DNA of 52,512 bases from Candidatus Helarchaeota ASGARD archaeon Hel_GB_A (GTDB taxonomy: Archaea > Asgardarchaeota > Lokiarchaeia > Helarchaeales > HEL-GB-A): assembly GCA_005191415.1 (NCBI GenBank), contig SUPS01000001.1, positions 1-52,512 on the forward strand. The letters are read 5' to 3'. Position 1 is the stretch's first letter, and every line of letters begins with the position of its first letter. The position numbers were made by a program, and so were the translations under genes. Positions 9,439 to 17,260 of this stretch are shown one piece after another. The notes under the pieces are model-generated. The model saw only the letters and a program-made list of their open reading frames with translations, was not told the origin of the DNA and did not search any database.

Positions 9439-9760
9439 TTTTTTGAAAATGCTTCTTTTTCAAAGCCTTAATTGTACCTGAGGTCCCTAAAGTAACTAGA
9501 ATACATCTCTTTCCATTAACTTGCCGAATAATAGCTAAAGTTGTGCGAACCATAGGTAAAGCATCTGTATTTGTCCGAATAATTCCATATCCCCTATTTT
9601 TATCATATTCAATCATCCATAATCCGGTTTGACTTGTCCCAAATTCACCATATAACTGGAATAACTGCCTCCATAGGACTTTAATCAGTTGATTTTGATC
9701 AATTTCTTCCTCTGCAATAATTTTAAAGAGAATATATCTCTGATTTTCCTTAATCTCCAT
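9419..9760 (-). CDS. rnp2: RNase P protein component 2 (Pop5/Rpp14 homologue)
   Basis: 113-aa ORF. YILFKI ... LWRQLFQLYGEFG ... GIIRTN ... TLGTSGTIKALKKK matches the Pop5 pattern. Overlaps and follows the Rpp30 gene. Confidence 0.75.
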   Translation of the reverse strand: MEIKENQRYILFKIIAEEEIDQNQLIKVLWRQLFQLYGEFGTSQTGLWMIEYDKNRGYGIIRTNTDALPMVRTTLAIIRQVNGKRCILVTLGTSGTIKALKKKHFQKINKDAQ

Positions 9761-10493
9761 TTTCCCCCTCTTCTGTTGGTGATACTATCCGTACACCTGC
9801 CATGATATAGTTAGGATCTCGAATCATATGTATTTTTTGAATTAGCTTCTCTGCATGTGTTGAAACCGCTTCAAACGCCCTTTTCTCTGGAATTTTTACA
9901 AGACTCGCCAAAGCCACCAGCTCTCGTGGGGCTCTCATCTCCCATTTAGATTGTGCGCCTGAGCTAATGAGAAAAGGTACCTTTGATCGAATTATTTGGG
10001 TGCAAGTTTTTATCATCTGTCTCAGTAACTTAGATCGTTGCACACCACTTTGAAGAATTAAATTACGAACCACGATTTCAATGAGTTTCCCATTATTTCT
10101 TGCCATTTTAAAATGAGCATACTCTAAACTTTCAAAATCTGCTATTTCTGAAAGCGAGATAATATCAATACGCTTATCGACAATCGCATTCACATATATT
10201 GTCTTATCTTCTATACCACTTTTTATTGCTATAATATCAACTTGATTCCGCAAATTCTTAACCCATTTTTTCATTTCATCGGTAGTTTTGGGCGCCAATG
10301 TAGCTCTTGTAAAGATAGGACATCGTTCTTTGTATTTATTACGAAACCCCTTAATTATTTTCGGTGTATGATTAGTAAAATCCGCAAGTCCAATTCCTGC
10401 AAATCCTAATTCGATCGCCATCTCTATCATGATTTCTGGTTCATCTTGCCCATCTGACAGCGACGAATATATCCCTAAATCATAATATTTCAT
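9750..10493 (-). CDS. rnp3: RNase P protein component 3 (Rpp30 homologue, PHP/TIM-barrel)
   Basis: 247-aa ORF beginning MKYYDLGIYS. Size, position immediately upstream of Pop5 and 11-nt overlap are typical of the archaeal operon. Confidence 0.75.
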   Translation of the reverse strand: MKYYDLGIYSSLSDGQDEPEIMIEMAIELGFAGIGLADFTNHTPKIIKGFRNKYKERCPIFTRATLAPKTTDEMKKWVKNLRNQVDIIAIKSGIEDKTIYVNAIVDKRIDIISLSEIADFESLEYAHFKMARNNGKLIEIVVRNLILQSGVQRSKLLRQMIKTCTQIIRSKVPFLISSGAQSKWEMRAPRELVALASLVKIPEKRAFEAVSTHAEKLIQKIHMIRDPNYIMAGVRIVSPTEEGENGD

Positions 10494-10930
10494 AGTGGTA
10501 TCAATTCCAATTCTTGTAGAAATCCTTTCATTTTCTCTTGATTTGAATATTTTCTCGAAAATCCAATTCGAACCCTTATTGTATCCTTTATTTCTCTTAA
10601 TTGAACAATATTTCGGTATAAAGCCTGTTTATCGAATCGCAAGTATAAATTATTATTTTGAATTCGGCGACTTAGAGTCTGGAGCAGATAATTCTTATCA
10701 GCATCGCTTATTCGTTTCGCAATATATTCCAATATTTGTCGTGTATTTTGAGTGAGTTTCGTCCGAATAATTTGTATTGGATTATGATATACACCCCTTA
10801 CATTGCTTGTCATAAATCTCTCACATTCTATATTTGGCGGAAGCATTTTTTGAATTGCTAATACTACCTTTTCAGGGTCCTCAGTCGCCTGTATAAATGC
10901 CTCAATCTCAATATCCTTAATTTCTTTCAT
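10490..10930 (-). CDS. Predicted RNA-binding protein of the archaeal exosome superoperon (COG1931/DUF54-like)
   Basis: 146-aa ORF. The N-terminal IEIEAFIQATEDPEKVVLAIQKMLP resembles the DUF54 signature. 4-nt ATGA overlap with Rpp30. The gene order COG1931-Rpp30-Pop5 is conserved in archaea. Confidence 0.55.
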   Translation of the reverse strand: MKEIKDIEIEAFIQATEDPEKVVLAIQKMLPPNIECERFMTSNVRGVYHNPIQIIRTKLTQNTRQILEYIAKRISDADKNYLLQTLSRRIQNNNLYLRFDKQALYRNIVQLREIKDTIRVRIGFSRKYSNQEKMKGFLQELELIPL

Positions 10931-11004
10931 TTTCCATCTTAAAAGATAATAGTAAATATTATTGGAAGCTTAAATTCTAATCATCAAAAACTTTTCGTGG
11001 TTTT

Positions 11005-11511
11005 ATGTTAGAAGTAAATATTCCGGGTTTTGGAGAATTAAAAATAAAGCACATCGTATTTGACTTGAATGGTACCCTCTCAATGAATGGCGAAATTGAC
11101 CCCGCGCTCCCAAATATGATAAAAGAGCTCAAATTACGTGGATTAAACGTCTATATCTTATCAGCAGATACCAGGGGCAAATTAAATGAATTAGCAAAAA
11201 AATTAGGTGCTGAACCTCACAAGCTCACTTTTAAAATGCGTGAATCAGAAGAAAAAGCAAATTTCATTAAGCAATTAAATCCAAATTCTGTAATTGCTGT
11301 AGGAAATGGAATAAACGATGCCTTAATGTTAAAAGAAGCCCGTTTAGGAATTTGCATCATTGGTAAAGAAGGCGCTGCAGTAAGTGCCCTCCTCAATTCT
11401 GACATATGTGTTAATTCACCCAAAGAGGCACTAAATATATTGCTAGATCCCATCCATTTAATCGCGACCCTCCGCAATTCACAATTAGAACGCAATTCAC
11501 AATTAAAATGA
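11005..11511 (+). CDS. Small HAD-superfamily hydrolase (soluble P-type ATPase-like, COG4087-type)
   Basis: 168-aa ORF. HAD motif I is IVFDLNGTL and motif IV is GNGINDALMLKEA. The C-terminus carries an 18-bp tandem duplication (RNSQLE/RNSQLK). Confidence 0.7.
   Translation: MLEVNIPGFGELKIKHIVFDLNGTLSMNGEIDPALPNMIKELKLRGLNVYILSADTRGKLNELAKKLGAEPHKLTFKMRESEEKANFIKQLNPNSVIAVGNGINDALMLKEARLGICIIGKEGAAVSALLNSDICVNSPKEALNILLDPIHLIATLRNSQLERNSQLK
11473..11508 (+). repeat. 18-bp tandem duplication (17/18 identical) at the 3' end of the HAD gene
   Basis: CGCAATTCACAATTAGAA (11473-11490) is followed by CGCAATTCACAATTAAAA (11491-11508), immediately before the stop codon. Confidence 0.9.
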
Positions 11512-11605
11512 ATACCCAAAAATTCATTAATAATTTTAATCACATATCTTTTCATTAAAAGATATGAAGATTTTAAAAGGTAGATTCGAACTTTTGGTGA
11601 TATAA

Positions 11606-12142
11606 ATGAATCTAGAATATAGCCCTGGAACTCCTGAGGATTTATTCGGGAAGAAAGTTCGGCTTCTGGTAGCACAAATGACTTATCCAGAACTTGTAAA
11701 TTTCTTACTCCTTCATCGGACACCAGAACAAGCCGAAGAAGATCTACGCGATGTTGCGAAAGGAATCTGTAAAAGTTTGCTGAAATTATGGAAGCCCAAA
11801 TCACGAACTGTCACAGGATTGATAAATGAGTTGTTAAAAGTTATTTGGAATGGTAAAATCAAACATAAAATTATTGAGCGCACACCAGATGGTCGTCCAA
11901 TTAAGGTTCACTTCTATGATCTTGATTGCAAACTATGCAAATCAGAGGGTGAAGTATTAGAGGCTGAGGGGATATCCTATTGTGCCGCTGTGGGAGGTTT
12001 TATTGAAGAACTTTTAAATTTTAAGGCCAAAGAAGGAACCATGAAACTAAATTACAAATCCGTTAAAACTAAAACGATATCTAGTAAAGCTAGTGGTGGC
12101 GATTTATGTATTCATGAATGTATCTTCAATTATGAGGGGTAG
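11606..12142 (+). CDS. V4R / TRAPP (Bet3-like) domain protein
   Basis: 178-aa ORF. Helical N-terminal half, then FYDLDCKLCKSEG ... ISYCAAVGGFIEELL ... GGDLCIHECIF. This matches the V4R pattern (Cys pair, Y-C-x2-x-G-x-hydrophobic-x-G helix, C-terminal GD-x-C strand). Confidence 0.65.
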   Translation: MNLEYSPGTPEDLFGKKVRLLVAQMTYPELVNFLLLHRTPEQAEEDLRDVAKGICKSLLKLWKPKSRTVTGLINELLKVIWNGKIKHKIIERTPDGRPIKVHFYDLDCKLCKSEGEVLEAEGISYCAAVGGFIEELLNFKAKEGTMKLNYKSVKTKTISSKASGGDLCIHECIFNYEG

Positions 12143-12147
12143 ATCTT

Positions 12148-12765
12148 ATGAGAGAAAAAATGGGCTTTTTACAAAAATTATTAGCCTCTATTGGAAAAAG
12201 GCTCCTATGGTGGCGCGCTGAAAAGATGGATCTTTATGTATTAGCTCTGATGGCGCGAGAAACCGTAAAAAAATACCAAGAAATTTTAGATGGTGACTTA
12301 AAACGTGCTGTTGATACCTTGAAAGAACAATTTGCACAAAGTGCGAAGACATATCTAAGTGATTTTATGGATCAAATGAAATATATTGTTTCTAAGGACC
12401 TAAAAGACATGGAATATTTATCAAGTATTTCATTATATTCCATTTTAGGGAAACACTACAAAGAATTTTTTCTGGGCGCTAAATTTGTTCCTGCAGATGA
12501 CCCCAATAATGAAGATGGTATCCCAAAGTATGTTACTATCTCCCCTAAATGTCTAATGTGCTCAGTACTTTATGATTATGAAAATATGCATGAATATAAA
12601 GATTTGAACTATGGCGAAGTGATTTCCTATGCGCTCGGATCATTGGTTGAGATAATTTTCGATTACGTAGGGCATAACTATAAGGTTGAAGTTAGAGAGA
12701 CGAAATGTTTCCTTCGAGGCGATCCTTACAGCGAAATAGTAATGCTGTTGCGAGAGAAAGAATAA
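12148..12765 (+). CDS. V4R / TRAPP (Bet3-like) domain protein, second paralogue
   Basis: 205-aa ORF starting 5 nt after the previous stop. VTISPKCLMCS ... VISYALGSLVEIIF ... VEVRETKCFLRGDPYSEIVM is the same V4R layout. Confidence 0.6.
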   Translation: MREKMGFLQKLLASIGKRLLWWRAEKMDLYVLALMARETVKKYQEILDGDLKRAVDTLKEQFAQSAKTYLSDFMDQMKYIVSKDLKDMEYLSSISLYSILGKHYKEFFLGAKFVPADDPNNEDGIPKYVTISPKCLMCSVLYDYENMHEYKDLNYGEVISYALGSLVEIIFDYVGHNYKVEVRETKCFLRGDPYSEIVMLLREKE

Positions 12766-12823
12766 GAGCCGTTTTAATGAAATTTTTTTTACTTTTTTTC
12801 TAAAATTAAAGTAAATTCTTTTT

Positions 12824-13411
12824 TTACTTTCCGCGATGGCGATGTTTTTTAATAGAAGGTCGTATTTTTTCAGTTCCCCGTCCTTTCTTATAAAGTCCTC
12901 GCGACTTTTTTCCTGCCGCTGTTAATCCGCGATACACACGCTTTTTATGAACAGGATCACCAATCCAATTGATATGTGGATCACTTTTAATAACAGGATG
13001 ATGCGGATCCACTAAAATTACTTCATACCATTTCCATCGTCCATCTCGTCCCACTGGATAACTATTGAGTACTTCTAAATTGGGGAATTTACGTTGAACT
13101 CGTTCTTCTGCAATCCATCGAATACTTTTTTTAGGTGTAAATTTCCGTACACCCATTTTTTTTGGTTTACGACCCCTTTTAGGGCGTTGTTTTCGCCTTC
13201 CTCCTCGACGTACTCGTACTCGAATAAGTATATATCCTTGTTTCGCCTTATATCCAAGCCTTCGTGCTCTATCAAGTCGTGTCGGTCGTTCAATCCGAAT
13301 AATGACAGGTTGCTTACGCCAAAGAATCAATCGTTGCCATCTTAGTTCTTTCAGTTCGCTGGGTTCTTTTTTCCAGATTTCAGCTATATACTGATATGCA
13401 GATTTGGTCAT
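12824..13411 (-). CDS. rpl15e: 50S ribosomal protein L15e
   Basis: 195-aa [18 protein letters not shown] ... [10 protein letters not shown] ... is unmistakably eL15, and the protein is highly basic. Confidence 0.95.
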   Translation of the reverse strand: MTKSAYQYIAEIWKKEPSELKELRWQRLILWRKQPVIIRIERPTRLDRARRLGYKAKQGYILIRVRVRRGGRRKQRPKRGRKPKKMGVRKFTPKKSIRWIAEERVQRKFPNLEVLNSYPVGRDGRWKWYEVILVDPHHPVIKSDPHINWIGDPVHKKRVYRGLTAAGKKSRGLYKKGRGTEKIRPSIKKHRHRGK

Positions 13412-13537
13412 TTCTTGGACACTCTAAACTATAGGTGGTACAATTAAGTTAAAACAATAAACTATGAAAATCTTAAAAAATTTTCGTATTGTTATCGAAA
13501 AAAATTTATGATATGATACTTTTATTTATTTGAGGTA

Positions 13538-13579
13538 GGTTCTGGAAGATGATTCCACGCCGCTCCAATCTGAAGAACC
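13538..13579 (+). ncRNA. Candidate k-turn/C-D-box-like hairpin (very tentative)
   Basis: GGTTCT (13538-13543) pairs with AGAACC (13574-13579). The stem encloses AAGATGA (13546-13552, one mismatch to the C box RUGAUGA) and CTGA (13570-13573, D box). A second TGATGATGA follows at 13582-13590 without a matching D box. The region is locally GC-richer than the surrounding spacer. Confidence 0.15.
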
Positions 13580-13733
13580 TTTGATGATGATCTCGCGACG
13601 AGAAGATTCCCAATCTATCTCACTTTTGAATTATGTTTAAAGAATCTATTTTAGATAGTTGGAAAAAAAACTTTTTTTTATGTTAAATAAGAAATTTTGT
13701 ATTAATCATCTTAATTGAAGGTTGTAGCTTAAA

Positions 13734-14339
13734 ATGCCTGACTTTCTCGAAGTACTCAAAACGCGTCGAAGTATTCGGCAATATAAACATCGTACAATAC
13801 CAAAAGAAATCATTTTAGAAATGTTAGATCTCTGTAGATATGCTGCTAATGCACACAATTCACAACCGTTCCGGTTTATTGTCATTCTAAATACCGATCT
13901 CAAAAAGAGACTAATTAACGCAATGACTGCGCGTTATGAGTTGGATTTAAGACGCGATGGTGTATCAAAAACTACTATACAAAAGATTATTACCCACTCA
14001 AAAACCCGCTTTCTGAAAGCGCCGGTATTAATTGTAGCCTGTCTTACAATGGAGGATATGGACCATTATCCAGACCAAGAACGCCAACGTTGTGAATTCA
14101 TTATGGGCGTGCAATCGGTAGCCAATACTCTACAAAACTTGCTTTTAATTGCTCATGCAAGGGGTTTTGGAGCATGTTGGTACTGCGCACCGCTCTTTGC
14201 TCCCGATACGGTTAAAGAAGTACTTAATCTCCCTTCATCTTACCTTCCCCAAGCGTTTATAACATTGGGGATCCCCGATGAAACTCCACCTCCCATCACT
14301 CGTAAGCCTCTTGAGGATCTTATTAAAATTTTGGAATGA
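13734..14339 (+). CDS. Nitroreductase-fold flavoprotein, possibly FbiB-C-terminal-like (dehydro-F420-0 reductase-like)
   Basis: 201-aa ORF. LKTRRSIRQY ... ANAHNSQPFRF ... is the nitroreductase signature. Lies immediately upstream of cofD-cofC on the same strand. Confidence 0.65.
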   Translation: MPDFLEVLKTRRSIRQYKHRTIPKEIILEMLDLCRYAANAHNSQPFRFIVILNTDLKKRLINAMTARYELDLRRDGVSKTTIQKIITHSKTRFLKAPVLIVACLTMEDMDHYPDQERQRCEFIMGVQSVANTLQNLLLIAHARGFGACWYCAPLFAPDTVKEVLNLPSSYLPQAFITLGIPDETPPPITRKPLEDLIKILE

Positions 14340-14406
14340 ATTCAGCTGAAAAAAAGTAATAAACATAAACTTTCCCTATTCTCCTAGTAAGGCAGATGTG
14401 TAAAAT

Positions 14407-15333
14407 ATGATCGTGGCACTTGCAGGTGGCGTCGGAGCGGCTCGTTTCCTTGAAGGATTAATCCATGTTATAGATCCGAAAGATTTAACCGTAATTGTTA
14501 ATACTGCAGATGATCTATACCTCTATGGATTATATATCAGCCCAGATCTCGATACAATAATGTATAATTTAGCAGGAATTGCAAATAAATCGACGGGCTG
14601 GGGGATTCAAGATGACACATTTCATTGTCTCGAAATGCTTGAACGCTACGGAAATGAACCTTGGTTTAAACTCGGCGATAAGGATTTTGCCACTCATATT
14701 TTAAGAACTCACTTGCTGAGGCGGGGGATTCCTCTTTCCGAAGTCACCAGACTACTCTGTTCTCTCCTAGGTGTCGAAGTTAATGTCGTTCCAATGACGA
14801 ATAATAAAGTAAGCACCCGTGTAGTAACGGAACAAGGCATTCTTGATTTTCAAGATTATTTCGTTAGGCAACAAGAAACCGCTGTGGTACGAGACGTTTA
14901 TTTTGAAGGAATTGAGAATGCTGTGCCCCCAGAAGGATTGCTTGAACTATTAAAGTCAGCGAATGGTGTCATAATCTGTCCAAGCAATCCGATTGTTAGT
15001 ATTCAACCCATTTTAAAAGTTTCTGGAATCCTCCCTATTTTGAAAGAACTTCCAGTCATCGGAATAAGTCCAATTGTTGGAGGCTCTCCAATTAAAGGTC
15101 CAGCTGATAAACTCATGCGCGCCTTTAAAATTGAAGTATCTGCATATGGCGTTGCACGATACTATGCGACTTTTCTGAATACTTTAATAATAGATACGGT
15201 TGATGCCAATCTTCAATCGCAAATTGAAGAACTCGAGATTCATGCTGTTGTAACGAATACTCTTATGCGAACTTTAGAAGATAAAATTGCCCTTGCCAAA
15301 ATAACGCTACGAGAACTGGATAAAATTTTATAA
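14407..15333 (+). CDS. cofD: 2-phospho-L-lactate transferase (F420-0 synthase) CofD
   Basis: 308-aa ORF. MIVALAGGVGAARFLEGL, a 'NTADD' motif, PSNPIVSIQPIL and ISPIVGG are typical of the CofD/YvcK fold. Confidence 0.85.
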   Translation: MIVALAGGVGAARFLEGLIHVIDPKDLTVIVNTADDLYLYGLYISPDLDTIMYNLAGIANKSTGWGIQDDTFHCLEMLERYGNEPWFKLGDKDFATHILRTHLLRRGIPLSEVTRLLCSLLGVEVNVVPMTNNKVSTRVVTEQGILDFQDYFVRQQETAVVRDVYFEGIENAVPPEGLLELLKSANGVIICPSNPIVSIQPILKVSGILPILKELPVIGISPIVGGSPIKGPADKLMRAFKIEVSAYGVARYYATFLNTLIIDTVDANLQSQIEELEIHAVVTNTLMRTLEDKIALAKITLRELDKIL

Positions 15334-15357
15334 GAAACATTCAATTACCTTTTAACA

Positions 15358-16038
15358 ATGCATTATACCATTATCCCCATTAAATCATTATCGAACAGTA
15401 AAAAACGCCTTGAATCCTTTTTGTCTCCTATCCAACGCAGACAACTAGTTCTTGCCTTACTAAAAGATGTTTTAACCGCGGTAGCCAATTCAAAGTTCTC
15501 TAATGGGACTCTCATAGTAACACCTGATTCGGAAATTGTTGAAATAATACGAGGGTGGAATTTTTCTAATAATATTGAATATCTGCTTGAACATGAGGCA
15601 AAAGGAACCAATCATGCCGTCCAACAAGCTATAGATTGGTGCAGTTCAAAACCTATTTCCTCTATACTTATTATTCCTGCCGATCTTCCTTTAATTACCT
15701 CTAAAGATATAGATGAATTACTAAAATTAGGTAATCAACATTATCCACTAATTATTGCCCCTTCTCAACGTAAAGATGGGACTAATGCCTTTTATCAAAG
15801 ACCTCCAAATCTGGTTCAAGTTTGGTATGGCAACAATAGCTTTCAAAAAAATCTTCAATTAATTATGCAGAGCCAAGTTCCCTACAAAATTTTTGAAAAC
15901 CCTGCTTTTGCCTTAGATATCGATCTTAAGGAAGATTTACAAAAATTGTTCCAATTAAAAGAAAAATCGGCGAGCTTTAAATTTATAACTTCATTAAAAT
16001 TTAATTTTTTATACTCTGAAAAAAAAATTAGAATTTAA
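15358..16038 (+). CDS. cofC: 2-phospho-L-lactate (or PEP) guanylyltransferase CofC
   Basis: 226-aa ORF. IIPIKSLSNSKKRL, ILIIPADLPLIT and DGTNA are CofC/MobA-like nucleotidyltransferase motifs. Follows cofD. Confidence 0.7.
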   Translation: MHYTIIPIKSLSNSKKRLESFLSPIQRRQLVLALLKDVLTAVANSKFSNGTLIVTPDSEIVEIIRGWNFSNNIEYLLEHEAKGTNHAVQQAIDWCSSKPISSILIIPADLPLITSKDIDELLKLGNQHYPLIIAPSQRKDGTNAFYQRPPNLVQVWYGNNSFQKNLQLIMQSQVPYKIFENPAFALDIDLKEDLQKLFQLKEKSASFKFITSLKFNFLYSEKKIRI

Positions 16039-16042
16039 TTGA

Positions 16043-16666
16043 CTACCAAATCCATATTGATAAACCGAAATACGCTAATATTGCCTCTACTACACAAAGA
16101 ACCATTATCAGGAAACTTGTTGGTCGTGACGATAAAATTTTCCCCAGTAATTTGCCAAGATCTTCTATCATTTTAAATGCCATATACGTCATTACAAGAA
16201 TTACGATGAATAAAACAATTAGAATCCAATACGGATCAATGCCGAATATTGTTGCGAAACCCTCAGTGATGAATTCTAAATACGTCGCACATACGAAAAC
16301 AATTATTGCACCTACAATAACACCAATTATCGCTGCCCATGGAACATCTTTAATTGGTCTCAATACTAACGCAATACCCACAATTAACGCTAAGACACAA
16401 GTGAACAAATGGTACTGATAAGCCGCTTGTCCTCGAATAGAAATCGCATTTATTGAACCACCAATAAGGATTATACCCACAAGAACTCCTAGATATGTCA
16501 TGAAGGTTAAAATGAATGGCGTTTCTTCCTCTTCTTCGGGTTTGCCTCGGAAAAACCAGTAAATAAAATAAAACCCTGCGAATAATCCACCTATAAGTAA
16601 CATTGTACTAATATGTTGCCCGAAAAAAGCAAAAACCGCATTAAAGCCACCTACAATATCAATCAT
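16043..16666 (-). CDS. Polytopic membrane protein (about 6 TM), function unknown
   Basis: 207-aa ORF, almost entirely hydrophobic helices, with one acidic loop (KPEEEEETP). Confidence 0.5.
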   Translation of the reverse strand: MIDIVGGFNAVFAFFGQHISTMLLIGGLFAGFYFIYWFFRGKPEEEEETPFILTFMTYLGVLVGIILIGGSINAISIRGQAAYQYHLFTCVLALIVGIALVLRPIKDVPWAAIIGVIVGAIIVFVCATYLEFITEGFATIFGIDPYWILIVLFIVILVMTYMAFKMIEDLGKLLGKILSSRPTSFLIMVLCVVEAILAYFGLSIWIW

Positions 16667-16813
16667 TATTTTTTTCTCCTTTGATTTAAATTCTTTTTAT
16701 GGAGAGATTGTTTTGAGACTTCTGAATATTCTCAAATTCTTTAATTATTTTGTTAATATTTATAGTATTTCAATTTAAGTGAATTGAAGTAAATTGAGAT
16801 TTTTGAGAATTAA

Positions 16814-17236
16814 TTAAAAAGTAATATTTATTTTAACCTCAACGATGGTATTCTCGAACCATTGAAATCCATGCATCGGTTCTGTCTCTGGAAGCCCTTT
16901 AATAAGCCAAACAGTATCTGGGTAATTTTGCATATAAGGAATGTCTACTCCACTTGGATAAGGTCTGGTTGGATGGGAATGAAAAATACTTACCAATTGT
17001 TTATTTTTTTCTTCTGCTTCTAATAGAATTTTTAGGAGCAGTTCAGGATCGATTTCAAAATGCACTGTGGATTCTGAAGCATTTGGTGTTAAAATAACTT
17101 CATCAACTTCTGCAATTCCATCTCTAATTTTTCCTAATAATATGGCACAAGCCTCAAATGGCTCGTTCTTTCTGACCCAATCATGTAATTTTTTAATATG
17201 AGATTGTTTTATCTGAAGCTCTTTAATTCTTTTCAT
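16814..17236 (-). CDS. Stand-alone JAB/MPN+ (JAMM) metalloprotease
   Basis: 140-aa ORF. The conserved Glu lies in EACAILLG. The metal site is FHSHPTRPYPSGVD (HxH-x6-S-xx-D, one residue shorter than the textbook x7 spacing). Confidence 0.8.
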   Translation of the reverse strand: MKRIKELQIKQSHIKKLHDWVRKNEPFEACAILLGKIRDGIAEVDEVILTPNASESTVHFEIDPELLLKILLEAEEKNKQLVSIFHSHPTRPYPSGVDIPYMQNYPDTVWLIKGLPETEPMHGFQWFENTIVEVKINITF

Positions 17237-17260
17237 TTAACTGACATCTTCTTAATTTAT

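Noticed and set aside
11217-11804. 195-aa minus-strand ORF spanning the HAD gene 3' end, the spacer and the V4R gene 5' end
   Set aside because: It overlaps two plus-strand genes that carry recognisable motifs, has no motif of its own, and crosses an intergenic spacer.
13075-13345. Two small ORFs (72 aa minus, 83 aa plus) within the L15e gene
   Set aside because: They are embedded in an unambiguous ribosomal protein gene in alternative frames.
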